Shown here in pieces: positions 52,401 to 62,002 of a stretch of DNA of 64,000 nt. The first letter of the stretch is position 1; every line of letters starts with the position of its first letter. The stretch lies in IMG/VR virus record IMGVR_UViG_3300008262_000056. The stretch is one strand, 5' to 3'. The DNA comes from an uncultured virus (IMG/VR IMGVR_UViG_3300008262_000056) (lineage: Duplodnaviria > Heunggongvirae > Uroviricota > Caudoviricetes). The position numbers and the translations under genes are program-made. A model generated the notes under the pieces. That model had not been told where the DNA came from. It saw nothing but the letters and a program-made list of their open reading frames with translations, and did not search any database.

Positions 52401-55400
52401 AACAAGGGGTTTTTAATTTTAGATACAAACAAAACGATCCATACCCATACAAAAGTGCCGCGTATTTGTTTTTGAATAGTTTACCATTAGGGACACTAAG
52501 AGAAAAATATAAAACTTTCGATGGTCAAGCCACAACTGATTTGAACTACATTTTAGCAACAATGAAAAAATTTGGGGCGGTTCATAAATTACCGTATGCT
52601 TGGATTTTAAAATACGGTTCTATTTGGCATAGATATAAAATCTACGACAAAACAGGAAAAGACTTTTTAGATGACGTATGGAAAAACTTTAACTACTTAG
52701 AAAATTGGGATCCAGGATTTTCTTCATCAACAAAGACATACTCATTGTTGATTGATGGTGATCAAAAAAATCTTGTATTACAAAATACTACAGGAACACC
52801 TCCATTCACAGATATGACAACAGGGTTCTACCCCCAACTAATTGATGACTTTAATGTGTTCTTACAAGGATTAAAATTATTTAGTGGTAAAACACAAGTT
52901 TCTGGTAACTGTGAGGTTAAATCAATTAGTGGTAATTGTAAAACTTTCCAAGTCACGGGAACTTGTTCAAATAACGGTACAGGAATAACAATAAATTCAA
53001 TCACAAACAATTATATTTCTTTACCTCACAAAATTTATATTCCTTCATTGAATATTAATTTACAATTAATAACGCAAGTCACTGGTACTACAGGAGGTAC
53101 TGGATTTTATAATACATCATCAAACTTAAACGCAACATTTAATAATTTACCTTTTGTTTTAGGGACGTTTGCAAATATCACAAATCCAACATCTACTCAA
53201 ATACAAAATGGACAAATTTTAGGAGGATCACCCAATATATCTGGTATAACAATATTAAATGTAATTTCAGCGTCAACAACCACAACCTCAACTTCAGGAG
53301 TGACTAATACTCAAGCTTTACCACCACCACCAACAAAAAGTGGCAACGCAACGGAAGTCACAACATTACTAATTTCAAACGTTACATACACAGTCACTAT
53401 CTATGTTTTTGGACCACAAAAATATGCAGTACTAAGAGATCAAAATCAAGTCGTACTTCAAATAGGACAAAACGCTTCAAATGCTAGCGTCACAAACCAA
53501 CAACTAAGAGAAGAAATTGTCTACAGTTATTTTAACTCTTTAGTTACTAACCCAAACAATCCACAATTCATTCAAAGTGTACAAAGTGTTCAAGGGGCAA
53601 CACCGGCAATTACTTCTTCAGTTGTTACTAGTTTATGTGAAGTATCTTCTGCAAGTTCACAAACATTTAACTATACAGTTTTGAACCCACCAATCCAAAT
53701 TTTGGATGTGTTGAGTAATGTGTTAAATAATGGAACAATCATAAATGGATTAAATTTAAATGGGAATGTAGTTTTAACATCACAAATTTCAGGGACAACT
53801 GGAGGTGTTGGTTTATATAATACAACAACAATACAATCGGCAACAACCTCACCATTTGTAGTTCAAAATCAATATGTACAAGGTATTGCATCATCATCAA
53901 TACAACCATTATTAGACAATAAAAAACTAATAATGTTTAATACCACTAACTCTACCATATTTGGAGCGCCAGGTTTTGACCCAAATAATTCAACAAGAAG
54001 TATGAGGATATCTCCTTACTCTGTCATCGTTAGAAGTACAGATGAAACAGGTTATTACGTTCTACCTTCGTTCGGGTCAAATATAAATCAAGCGAGAGAA
54101 GAATCTTTCAAAAACGGATCAATGAAGATAGAATTATATAACAATCCTTCTATGTTCAATGGAACCGTAAGATTATTTTGGAATGCACCACAATACGGAT
54201 GGTTCAACAATGACCAAGTCAAAAAAAATAATCCCTTAACTTATTTAAAAGAAATTTTAAACGAACAAAAAGAACAGCAAAACTTTTTGATATCAGGAGA
54301 AATTACCGATTACACAAGTTTTGAAGAATTATTTACTACGTTTAATACTCAAACTTTAGATCTATTTGAATCTGAGTTTTTAAATTTTAGTAGATCATTA
54401 TATGATTATGTCGACACATTACCTGAGACTACAAAAGCTGAGGTTTCCGTTGGTACAAGTAATCAAGTTAAAAATCCTGATGGTAGTGTGGTTCAACTCC
54501 AAAACCCTGATGGAAGTGTTGGTTCACTATCCCAAAAAACATTTAAGAATTTTCATTTCTTGATGAGAGAACTAATGAAAATACAGACACCAACAGGAAC
54601 TTCACCTGAAACAAAACTTAGTGAAATAATCACAAGTCAAAACACTCAGTTCCAACAAGTTTTGTCATCTTTTGTGAACTATGATGTAGCGTTTAAGTTT
54701 GGAAACCCGACTCAATTTGATAGAAGATTGTATTTAACTTTCTCAACAAGGTTTTTAGAGAACCCAATTATTTATGGGCCATATGAACAAGGAACACTAC
54801 CACCACAAGTTACTGTTGCTCAATCACAACAACAGAGTCCTGAAACTTGGAAAAAGTTATTATACTATGTTGGTGAATCATCAATACCTAAATTACAATA
54901 TAAAAATAACGGGTCATATATTACTGACTTCTTTATTGATTTAAATGTACAATTTAATGAAAAAAATGTTGAAGACTTTGCACCACTCATTAAAGTTTAT
55001 GCTAGTGAAAAATTAAAAAAGAATAACTTGAATTTAGCGTCATTTTATTCTTTGATGGACAACTACATAATTGCATCTGATAATTACATAGGTAATGTTA
55101 TTAATGTAATGTTACCTCAAGTAAGAAAAGAATTACCAACAGTCTTAATTAATCAAGAGTTGACTGAAAATAGGGCTAATTTGGAGGCAGGTTTTACTGA
55201 ACAAACAAGAACTGAATTATGGGAAACATTCAAAGCATTAAATGATAGTTGGATTGCAGGATTTGATTTTCAAAACAAAACATTATTTGAAGATGTTCTT
55301 TTGGTTGATAGGGCAAGTAGAAATGTAGGTGACAAGATTATCGTAGATATTTTTGAAATTCAAGAATTAATCAAAGACGGAAGTTATAAAAATACATTGT

Positions 55401-56893
55401 TAGACATGGTTACAACAATATTGGTTCAAAATAACTTCCAATATTTTATGTTACCTGCATTTGTCAATTTTTATAATATCCAAGACGTTGAAAAAAACCC
55501 AACACCTAGACCTGACGGAACTTTAGAATTTGGTAATTCTTTATTTGGAACATTCTTAAATGTTGATTACAGAAATAGTTCACCAAAATTCTTATGTTAT
55601 TACGTTAACAAACCAAGTGAACACTTGGATATGAACGATAATATTGATTACAGATACCGAGATGACGCCTTTGATCTTAGACGTGCTAGTGATAACCCAC
55701 TTCAAGAAAATCAGGCTTACAAATTAGATTGGGATAAATCAAACAAAGTGGTTGGTTTTAACGTGGATGTAACAAAACCAAATCAACAAATCTTTAAAAG
55801 TTTTAGTGTTAACCAAAATCCTGGAAAACCAACATCAGAATCTTTAGAAATGTTAAATCAAATGGCAAACTTGGGTGGAAACAGACGATCAACAACTCAA
55901 TCCGTTTCTTTATATAATCTTTATAAGAATAGAAGCTATGAATGTAGTGTTGAAATGATGGGATGTGCATTAATCCAACCATTGATGTACTTTAATATTA
56001 GAAACGTCCCTATGTTCTCGGGGCCATATATGATTACAAAGGTGACTCATGACATCACTGAAGATAATTTCAGTACTTCATTTACAGGAACAAGACAACC
56101 GTTTTATGCACTACCTAAGATTGATAATTTTATTCAAACATTGAATATTAAAATTTTGAATACAATACAATCTAGAATCCAACAGAATGAAAAGAAAGAA
56201 AGAGAAAGTTCGGCAAATGTATTGGCCCAAAAAGAAAATGTTTTATCTAATATCAAAGCGGAAGAACAACTAACTAAAAATCAAGATTGTGTTGCTAATA
56301 TCAACCCAAGATATCTAAACTATACAGGACTTGATACACCGGCACAAACATCTCAAACTACAAAAGAATTGTTTAATGCGATAAGAGATGAATTATTAAG
56401 TAGAGGTTATACAGCGACTGGAGACACAACGCCGTTGGTTGCAGGGTTAGCATTTACAATGGTATATGTTGATTCAGGTAAAGGATCAGGAATAAATGCA
56501 TACGAGAACAACTACAGTACTATAAATCTGACCGAAGTTTATGGACCTAATTTTGTAAATTACATTAAGAAAAGTTATTATTGTATTACAAGAGGAACTA
56601 ACAGTAACTTACCTGTTGCATCATTTAATACATTTAAAGACTTCATAAAATTTGTAGTAGATAAAACATCGACATTATATACATTATTAAATCAAGATAA
56701 AAATAATTTTGATTTCTCAACACTAGAAGGATTATCAGCGGCAACTGCAAAACAATATGTATTAAGTTATCCTGTTGAACAACCTGCAAATGTGTATACT
56801 ACTTTAACAGAACAAGAAAAATTAACACTACAACAAGAATTTGTTGCGGCTTATAATGTTTACGAAACAGTACAAACTTTCAAAATAAGCTGA
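49457..56893 (+). CDS. Very large baseplate hub-like structural protein
   Basis: 2478-aa ORF in the baseplate module; CSVEMMGCALIQPLMYFNIRNVPMFSGPYMITKVTHDI resembles hub (gp27/gpD-type) C-termini. Confidence 0.55.
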   Translation: MADNGENILVEFDYDNITLIDPNKLIDEQGNVKDRLVKQEDLVFYANLECNVLPRTKLAVGSAMNDQQRTISVGKINFLNPGHKTFLDTAWSDELTGKGTLEGKGVNQPKLTAVKNPNKSDDFYITQNLWSNGTPGAVDNGFLGIKSIRFSIGTDFLPVIDIELEDVKGRALFEGGNSSPYSAFFQLPYPQFTLTMKGYYGKAVKFPIMLQSFSSKFNPSSHNFEISLKFYGYKYTLLSYVNYGSLMAVPHMYNNVVNQATVSKTQGSNTNEQSAQTPTIVSRGYQKMKEIYSDYKSKGLIPDDFPEITLNQLNFRLQKFIDDVLSEFAKENLGVLTEMTNYTNALTLYQQKVYLYGSSWFNNYMNVKSPIVLKNGQNIYDFKPDLDAQKQETALTELDGIIKDNNAKLNENSIFGTNGSYTVGNKTVQSKISVPIEMKTFAKGELITNVDLEKTFRASPNAPKGTLSPLNTPQTGLTATDLAFATFKTNLETKFKETNGQFFIFDGPNTFMSITDTAGKSAQKFRTQIEQQITESLASKFNSQGENSLGFIPSIRNILAIFYCQGEAFLRLLDEVHKKAWDQRENPYRRAAIFGNQTTAPSVDIKDSTQNNEPIYPWPQVIQETVGDDNQEKFQVIYPGAQNVANSYRAYDPEIWPEVEFVEQFIKGYTQRQNDADKRGAEFNEIDLQPSRISLNGIDFPVSNEVFQNKEESKYFFEIYERLLLNSYYSRLNRQSGYNLSIYEAEADDEAVNILKSLGQDNPFLSKTIKEYLLDSNNYLPFLRHISNQGQGESWQSYIRGEFVTNYIKNDVRNPNVLYNEDIIVSTKSQPNVSLSNPKNLTNLNKYLAGTSVSNVFEFGDTYPLTDLDWDKKNLADGKSLNNANEAFDTKDVLNYNPIQLTITNFLDNTNENQRRPFTHFNFVDLNVTPNLLILKNFYKDREYKDQLVTEGNISYSNYSGNVFSEQTTSMLNTPYFINAIQQGVFNFRYKQNDPYPYKSAAYLFLNSLPLGTLREKYKTFDGQATTDLNYILATMKKFGAVHKLPYAWILKYGSIWHRYKIYDKTGKDFLDDVWKNFNYLENWDPGFSSSTKTYSLLIDGDQKNLVLQNTTGTPPFTDMTTGFYPQLIDDFNVFLQGLKLFSGKTQVSGNCEVKSISGNCKTFQVTGTCSNNGTGITINSITNNYISLPHKIYIPSLNINLQLITQVTGTTGGTGFYNTSSNLNATFNNLPFVLGTFANITNPTSTQIQNGQILGGSPNISGITILNVISASTTTTSTSGVTNTQALPPPPTKSGNATEVTTLLISNVTYTVTIYVFGPQKYAVLRDQNQVVLQIGQNASNASVTNQQLREEIVYSYFNSLVTNPNNPQFIQSVQSVQGATPAITSSVVTSLCEVSSASSQTFNYTVLNPPIQILDVLSNVLNNGTIINGLNLNGNVVLTSQISGTTGGVGLYNTTTIQSATTSPFVVQNQYVQGIASSSIQPLLDNKKLIMFNTTNSTIFGAPGFDPNNSTRSMRISPYSVIVRSTDETGYYVLPSFGSNINQAREESFKNGSMKIELYNNPSMFNGTVRLFWNAPQYGWFNNDQVKKNNPLTYLKEILNEQKEQQNFLISGEITDYTSFEELFTTFNTQTLDLFESEFLNFSRSLYDYVDTLPETTKAEVSVGTSNQVKNPDGSVVQLQNPDGSVGSLSQKTFKNFHFLMRELMKIQTPTGTSPETKLSEIITSQNTQFQQVLSSFVNYDVAFKFGNPTQFDRRLYLTFSTRFLENPIIYGPYEQGTLPPQVTVAQSQQQSPETWKKLLYYVGESSIPKLQYKNNGSYITDFFIDLNVQFNEKNVEDFAPLIKVYASEKLKKNNLNLASFYSLMDNYIIASDNYIGNVINVMLPQVRKELPTVLINQELTENRANLEAGFTEQTRTELWETFKALNDSWIAGFDFQNKTLFEDVLLVDRASRNVGDKIIVDIFEIQELIKDGSYKNTLLDMVTTILVQNNFQYFMLPAFVNFYNIQDVEKNPTPRPDGTLEFGNSLFGTFLNVDYRNSSPKFLCYYVNKPSEHLDMNDNIDYRYRDDAFDLRRASDNPLQENQAYKLDWDKSNKVVGFNVDVTKPNQQIFKSFSVNQNPGKPTSESLEMLNQMANLGGNRRSTTQSVSLYNLYKNRSYECSVEMMGCALIQPLMYFNIRNVPMFSGPYMITKVTHDITEDNFSTSFTGTRQPFYALPKIDNFIQTLNIKILNTIQSRIQQNEKKERESSANVLAQKENVLSNIKAEEQLTKNQDCVANINPRYLNYTGLDTPAQTSQTTKELFNAIRDELLSRGYTATGDTTPLVAGLAFTMVYVDSGKGSGINAYENNYSTINLTEVYGPNFVNYIKKSYYCITRGTNSNLPVASFNTFKDFIKFVVDKTSTLYTLLNQDKNNFDFSTLEGLSAATAKQYVLSYPVEQPANVYTTLTEQEKLTLQQEFVAAYNVYETVQTFKIS

Positions 56894-56913
56894 TATTTAT
56901 AAATAAAATACTT

Positions 56914-57138
56914 ATGAGTACTAAAATGTTATTGGATAATTACTTGGGGAAAAATACAAGAGTATCCGAAAAAGATATGGGTGACGGAACAAAACAAGTT
57001 TGTGACTTAGACACAGGAGATTGTTATACTGTCAGAATCAAAGACGGACTCATCGAAAGAGTCGACAACACTATGAGAACATTTAAAAAAATTCAAGTAG
57101 AAACTAATCAAGGTTATAAAACATTATTAAACGGTTAA
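56914..57138 (+). CDS. Small hypothetical protein
   Basis: 74-aa ORF preceded by TATTTAT. Confidence 0.6.
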   Translation: MSTKMLLDNYLGKNTRVSEKDMGDGTKQVCDLDTGDCYTVRIKDGLIERVDNTMRTFKKIQVETNQGYKTLLNG

Positions 57139-57139
57139 G

Positions 57140-57847
57140 ATGAATATAGACGATAAAATTTTAAAAGAGATCGCAAGATACAATTCGATCAACAAATATA
57201 TCATGGAACAAGATATTCCGGCACCACCTGCAGATGCGGGAGCAATACCTCCACCTCCGGCAGACGCTGCCGCACCGGTTGATCCTGCTGCAGATCCTGC
57301 GGCGGCAGGTGTAGATCCTGCGGCACCAACACCTCCAGCGGCTCCTGGAGCTGAAGGAGAAGCAGCACCTGTTGATGTTGCGGCGGATCCTGATGTTGAA
57401 GAAGTCCCTGCTGAAGGAGAAGAAGGTGAAGGAGAAACTGAAGAGTTAGACATCACCGATCTTGTTGATTCGCAAAAAACAATTGCTGATAAACAAGAAG
57501 AATATTTCACAAATCTTTTTGACCAAATCAAAACTATGGAAGAAAAATTAGCAGAGATGGATACTATTGTATCTAAGTTAGATTCTTTAGAGGCTAAAGT
57601 TGAAAAATACAGACCAAAAACGGCACAAGAAAAATTGCAACTTAGATCATTAGATTCAGGACCATTTAAACAAAACTTGGCGGATTTCTTTGATGAGAAA
57701 AAAGATGAGATGGAACAAACAGGTAAAAATGAATATGTTCTAACCCAAGATGAAGTTGAAAGTTATAGCCCATCTGACATAGAAAAATCTTTCAACGAAC
57801 CAATGGAGGATGAAGATGATATTTTATTAAACAAATTTAATTCATAA
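57140..57847 (+). CDS. Pro/Ala-rich acidic coiled-coil protein (possible head-internal/scaffold-type)
   Basis: Low-complexity PAPPADA region followed by an acidic coiled coil. Confidence 0.6.
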   Translation: MNIDDKILKEIARYNSINKYIMEQDIPAPPADAGAIPPPPADAAAPVDPAADPAAAGVDPAAPTPPAAPGAEGEAAPVDVAADPDVEEVPAEGEEGEGETEELDITDLVDSQKTIADKQEEYFTNLFDQIKTMEEKLAEMDTIVSKLDSLEAKVEKYRPKTAQEKLQLRSLDSGPFKQNLADFFDEKKDEMEQTGKNEYVLTQDEVESYSPSDIEKSFNEPMEDEDDILLNKFNS

Positions 57848-57849
57848 GT

Positions 57850-57886
57850 TTTAAGGTCGATAAATTCGACCTTAAACTTTTTTTTT
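57850..57886 (+). terminator. Intrinsic terminator closing the structural block
   Basis: TTTAAGGTCGA-TAAAT-TCGACCTTAAA followed by a T run. Confidence 0.85.
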
Positions 57887-57897
57887 GGCGACACAAT

Positions 57898-57926
57898 TTG
57901 ACTATAACTTTTTATACACTTATAAT
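57898..57926 (+). promoter_or_regulatory. Near-consensus sigma70-type promoter for the replication block
   Basis: TTGACT-N17-TATAAT directly after the terminator and upstream of the SSB gene. Confidence 0.75.
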
Positions 57927-57957
57927 TTTAACATAAACCTTTAATTTTTATTTACAC

Positions 57958-58824
57958 ATGGCGACAAATTCATTAGACGCAGTACTTGCACAGTACGAAA
58001 AATCAACACAGAACACATCATCGAATGGTTCTAAAATGTCTTCAGAAGACCGAATGAAGAAATATTTCGCGGCTCTTTTGAAAGATAATGAAAAACAAGG
58101 ACAGAGACGAGTACGTATTCTTCCTACAACAGACGGTTCTTCACCGTTTAAAGAAGTATGGTTCCACGAAATCCTTGTGGACGGTAAATATCAAAAATTT
58201 TACGATCCAGGAAAAAATGACAACGAACGTTCACCTTTGAATGAAGTTTACGAAGAACTTATGTCAACAGGTAAGGAAGCCGACAAACAATTGGCAACAC
58301 AATACAAAGCTCGTAAGTTTTATATCGTAAAAGTTATTGATCGTGATAACGAACAAGACGGAGTTAAATTTTGGAGATTTAAACACAACTACAAACAAGA
58401 GGGAATTCTTGATAAAATTATTCCAATTTGGAAAGCAAAAGGTGATATCACAGATCCTGATAAAGGACGTGACTTAATCCTTGAATTAACAAAGGCAAAA
58501 ACTCCTAAAGGTGCTTTCTATACGGTAATCCAAACAGTTATGTATGATGACCCATCTGCAATTTCAGAAGATGAAACTCAAATGTCAGAGTGGGTTAGTG
58601 ATGAATTGACTTGGGAAGATGTATATTCTAAAAAACCTGTTGAATACCTTGAGGCAATTTCAAGAGGAGAAACACCACGTTGGGACTCTGAAAAAGGTGG
58701 ATATGTTTATTCTAATGATGAAACTTCAGAAGTTTCTATGGGAGGAAAATCAGCACCAAAATCAATCAATGAAGTTTCTGATCCTCAAGCAAACGACGAG
58801 GTTGATGAAGAATTACCATTCTAA
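57958..58824 (+). CDS. gp32: Single-stranded DNA-binding protein (T4 gp32-like)
   Basis: RVRILP, FYIVKVIDRD, GDITDPDKGRDL and acidic tail DEVDEELPF. Confidence 0.8.
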   Translation: MATNSLDAVLAQYEKSTQNTSSNGSKMSSEDRMKKYFAALLKDNEKQGQRRVRILPTTDGSSPFKEVWFHEILVDGKYQKFYDPGKNDNERSPLNEVYEELMSTGKEADKQLATQYKARKFYIVKVIDRDNEQDGVKFWRFKHNYKQEGILDKIIPIWKAKGDITDPDKGRDLILELTKAKTPKGAFYTVIQTVMYDDPSAISEDETQMSEWVSDELTWEDVYSKKPVEYLEAISRGETPRWDSEKGGYVYSNDETSEVSMGGKSAPKSINEVSDPQANDEVDEELPF

Positions 58825-58843
58825 TTTTAATTATTAAAAATGT

Positions 58844-58874
58844 AACGGGAGCAGTTTATTGTTCCCGTTTTTTT
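58844..58874 (+). terminator. Intrinsic terminator after SSB
   Basis: AACGGGAGCA...TGTTCCCGTT followed by a T run. Confidence 0.75.
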
Positions 58875-58904
58875 GTCTATATTTTATATAGTAACACAAA
58901 AATT

Positions 58905-59912
58905 ATGGCACTTAAAAAAAACGACTTTAGTTCATTGAAGAAAAAGTTTTCTTCGGACGCGAAATATAAACCACAAAGATTTTTTGATCTTGGTCCTGAA
59001 TTTTTGGATGCAGTAGGATTACCTGGACCTGCTATTGGTCACCTTAACATGTTATTAGGTCACTCCGATACAGGTAAAACAACAGCACTTATTAAAACTG
59101 CTGTTGATGCTCAAAAGAAAGGTATTCTTCCTGTATTCATTATTACAGAACAAAAATGGTCTTTTGATCACTCAAAAATAATGGGGTTTGAATGTGATGA
59201 AGTGGTTGATGAAGAAACAGGTGAATTAACTTGGGACGGATTCTTCTTGTTTAATAATAACTTCAGTTATATTGAACAAATTACTGATTACATTAACGAT
59301 CTATTGGACGCACAAGAAAAAGGTGAATTAGACTATTCACTTTGTATTATGTGGGATTCAGTTGGATCAGTTCCTTGTAAAATGACTTACGAGGGTAAAG
59401 GAGGTAAACAACACAATGCAAGTGTTTTAGCCGACAAAATTGGTATGGGTATAAACCAACGTATTTCAGGATCTCGTAAGGCAGATTCTAAATACGAAAA
59501 TACCTTAATCATTGTTAACCAACCTTGGGTAGAATTACCTGACAATCCATTTGGTCAACCTAAGATCAAGGCAAAAGGTGGTGAAGCAATTTGGTTAAAC
59601 TCTTCTTTGGTATTCTTATTTGGTAATCAAAAAGGTGCGGGTACAACAAAGATCACTGCAACAAAAGATAAGAGAACTGTAAAGTTTGCTTCAAGAACAA
59701 AAGTGTCGGTTATGAAAAACCACATCAATGGTCTTGGTTTTGAAGACGGTCGAATCATTGTAACACCACACGGATTCTTGCCAGGTAAAGATACCACCGA
59801 AGAAAAATCATCAATAGAAAAGTATAAGAAAGAATACGCCGATTATTGGAAAGACATTATCGGAGTTGACGGAGACTTTGATTTAAAAACAGAAAAAGAA
59901 GAAAACGAATAA
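58905..59912 (+). CDS. uvsX: RecA/UvsX-like recombinase
   Basis: Walker A GHSDTGKT, Walker B IMWDSVGS, IIVNQ and KGGEAI. Confidence 0.85.
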   Translation: MALKKNDFSSLKKKFSSDAKYKPQRFFDLGPEFLDAVGLPGPAIGHLNMLLGHSDTGKTTALIKTAVDAQKKGILPVFIITEQKWSFDHSKIMGFECDEVVDEETGELTWDGFFLFNNNFSYIEQITDYINDLLDAQEKGELDYSLCIMWDSVGSVPCKMTYEGKGGKQHNASVLADKIGMGINQRISGSRKADSKYENTLIIVNQPWVELPDNPFGQPKIKAKGGEAIWLNSSLVFLFGNQKGAGTTKITATKDKRTVKFASRTKVSVMKNHINGLGFEDGRIIVTPHGFLPGKDTTEEKSSIEKYKKEYADYWKDIIGVDGDFDLKTEKEENE

Positions 59913-59913
59913 T

Positions 59914-60477
59914 ATGAACAATTGGAATATAATTAGAACAATACCTGAATGGGATTATTCAAGTGTTGATGCAAGATGTCTTACTCATGACGGAGATATA
60001 ATAGATTTGGGATGTTTAGATTGGGACTGGTCAAATTTTTTTATTGGAAAAAAAAGAGTAATTGGTGCTGATCCCTACGAAAATGAAAAAGATGGAACAG
60101 AACTATTCAAAGGAATCGTATGGAATTTTGAAGGAAAAATGAAAATACAAAATAATGGTGTTGGGACAACTATTTTTACAGAAGGTGAAGATGAATTTGA
60201 TGTTATCACATGGAAAACGTTTTGCGATAGATTCAAAATCAGTAAAATATCTGTTTTAAAACTTAATATTGAAGGTGCAGAGTACGACCTTTTAAGAAGT
60301 TTTACGGATGAAGATTTTGATAATATAGATCAAATAGTTGTTAGTTTTCATCATAGAATTAACCCTGAATGGCAAAAAGATACCAATGAGTGTATAGAAC
60401 TTTTAAACAAAAAAAACTTTAGCATTCAAAAGATTAACCATAATTGGGATTGGTTTTTAGCAGTAAAAAATATTTAG
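59914..60477 (+). CDS. FkbM-like methyltransferase
   Basis: IIDLGC, LKLNIEGAEYDLL and QIVVSFH. Confidence 0.7.
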   Translation: MNNWNIIRTIPEWDYSSVDARCLTHDGDIIDLGCLDWDWSNFFIGKKRVIGADPYENEKDGTELFKGIVWNFEGKMKIQNNGVGTTIFTEGEDEFDVITWKTFCDRFKISKISVLKLNIEGAEYDLLRSFTDEDFDNIDQIVVSFHHRINPEWQKDTNECIELLNKKNFSIQKINHNWDWFLAVKNI

Positions 60478-60498
60478 AAATCACTTAAAAAACAAAAA

Positions 60499-61509
60499 GT
60501 GACCAAAACATTATTAGTAGACGGAAATAATTTATTAAAAATTGGTTTCCATGGTGTTAGAGAATTCTACCACAATGGAAAACATGTTGGAGGTGTTTGG
60601 CACTTCTTAAATACTCTTCGTAAATTTTTGGAAGAACACAACTATGGTAAAGTTGTCGTATTTTGGGATTCTAAAACTTCATCTTCACAAAGAAGATTGA
60701 TATACCCAAAATATAAATTAAATCGAAGACCTTCCGAATCAGAGCAAAAAGAAGAATCTTTTTTAGAACAAAAACAAAGAGTTAGACAATACCTCGAGGA
60801 GATGTTTGTAAGACAACTGGAGACAGAACACGCAGAAGCTGATGACTTAATTGCATATTACTGTCAAGTGTCATTAGATGAGACAAAAACTATATTCTCG
60901 AGTGATAGAGATTTAACTCAATTAATTTCTGAAAAAGTTTCAATTTACTCACCATCAACAAAACAATATTATAAGTTCGGAGATAAAATAAAATTACATG
61001 ATATTGAAATTCCACACTTTAATGTTAAGACAGTAAAGATTCTCACTGGAGACAGTTCAGATAACATTGATGGTATCTTTTATCTTGGTGAGAAAACTTT
61101 GATCAAATTGTTTCCTGAGTTACTTGAAGAATTAGTACAAATACCATATATTTTGGATAAGAGTTCTAATTTACTTAAAGAAGAAAAGGGGAACGTAGCT
61201 CTTCAGAACCTGTTAAGTGGTAAAACAAAAGAAGGTATTTTTGGGGATGAATTTTATGTCATCAATCAAAAACTTGTAGACTTAGATGAACCCCTTTTAA
61301 GTGATGAAGAAAAAGAATTAGTTAGATTATATTACTCAGAGTCGATGGATCCCGACGGAAGAGGACATAGAAATCTAATTAGAATGATGATGGAAGATGG
61401 TTTTTTTAAATACTTACCTAAGGGTGACGACGCTTGGGTAAGTTTTTTGAAACCATTTTTGAAGTTAACAAGAAAAGAAAAAACAAATTTTAGAAACAAA
61501 AAAAATTAA
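60499..61509 (+). CDS. 5'-3' exonuclease / RNase H (FEN family)
   Basis: LLVDGNNL, YKLNR, EADDLIA, SSDRDLTQL and GDSSDNIDGI; GTG start. Confidence 0.9.
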   Translation: MTKTLLVDGNNLLKIGFHGVREFYHNGKHVGGVWHFLNTLRKFLEEHNYGKVVVFWDSKTSSSQRRLIYPKYKLNRRPSESEQKEESFLEQKQRVRQYLEEMFVRQLETEHAEADDLIAYYCQVSLDETKTIFSSDRDLTQLISEKVSIYSPSTKQYYKFGDKIKLHDIEIPHFNVKTVKILTGDSSDNIDGIFYLGEKTLIKLFPELLEELVQIPYILDKSSNLLKEEKGNVALQNLLSGKTKEGIFGDEFYVINQKLVDLDEPLLSDEEKELVRLYYSESMDPDGRGHRNLIRMMMEDGFFKYLPKGDDAWVSFLKPFLKLTRKEKTNFRNKKN

Positions 61510-61518
61510 AAAAAACAA

Positions 61519-61968
61519 ATGAAAGAACAGGATATTACCAAAGTTGAATTTTTGTTAATGTGTAACGATAACATTGTGGTTCAGAGATTCTTTAATGTTA
61601 GAAACTTTAATAAAAATGCTCATAAATCTGAGGATTTTTATTATCACATTGAGAGTATTTGCAATGAGCTAAAATACGATCTTAAGATGAGATCAGTAAC
61701 CTACATGTTGGATAACCAATATGAAATTTCAGAAAATCCAGATGTACTAAACACATCAATTACCGATGGTCCGGAAAATTTTAATCTAATTATTAAGCTT
61801 GGAGATATGACAATTTGTCAGCGTGAGTTTGACGCGAAAGTATACCCCCCAAAGGTAAGATATACCGTAGACCTACGCCCAAAGTTAAAAAGCATCCTTT
61901 CCTCACTTACTGACATTTTTTCAGGTAAAAATTTTAATTATTTTTATCCTGAATTTATCAAAAACTAA
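61519..61968 (+). CDS. Hypothetical protein
   Basis: 149-aa ORF in the replication operon. Confidence 0.65.
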   Translation: MKEQDITKVEFLLMCNDNIVVQRFFNVRNFNKNAHKSEDFYYHIESICNELKYDLKMRSVTYMLDNQYEISENPDVLNTSITDGPENFNLIIKLGDMTICQREFDAKVYPPKVRYTVDLRPKLKSILSSLTDIFSGKNFNYFYPEFIKN

Positions 61969-62002
61969 TACTATTTATTTTTACTAAAGGAGAGAAAACT
62001 AT

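Noticed and set aside
36273..56893. Bacterial extracellular contractile injection system or tailocin
   Set aside because: Interleaved with phage replication and neck genes; no cellular housekeeping context.
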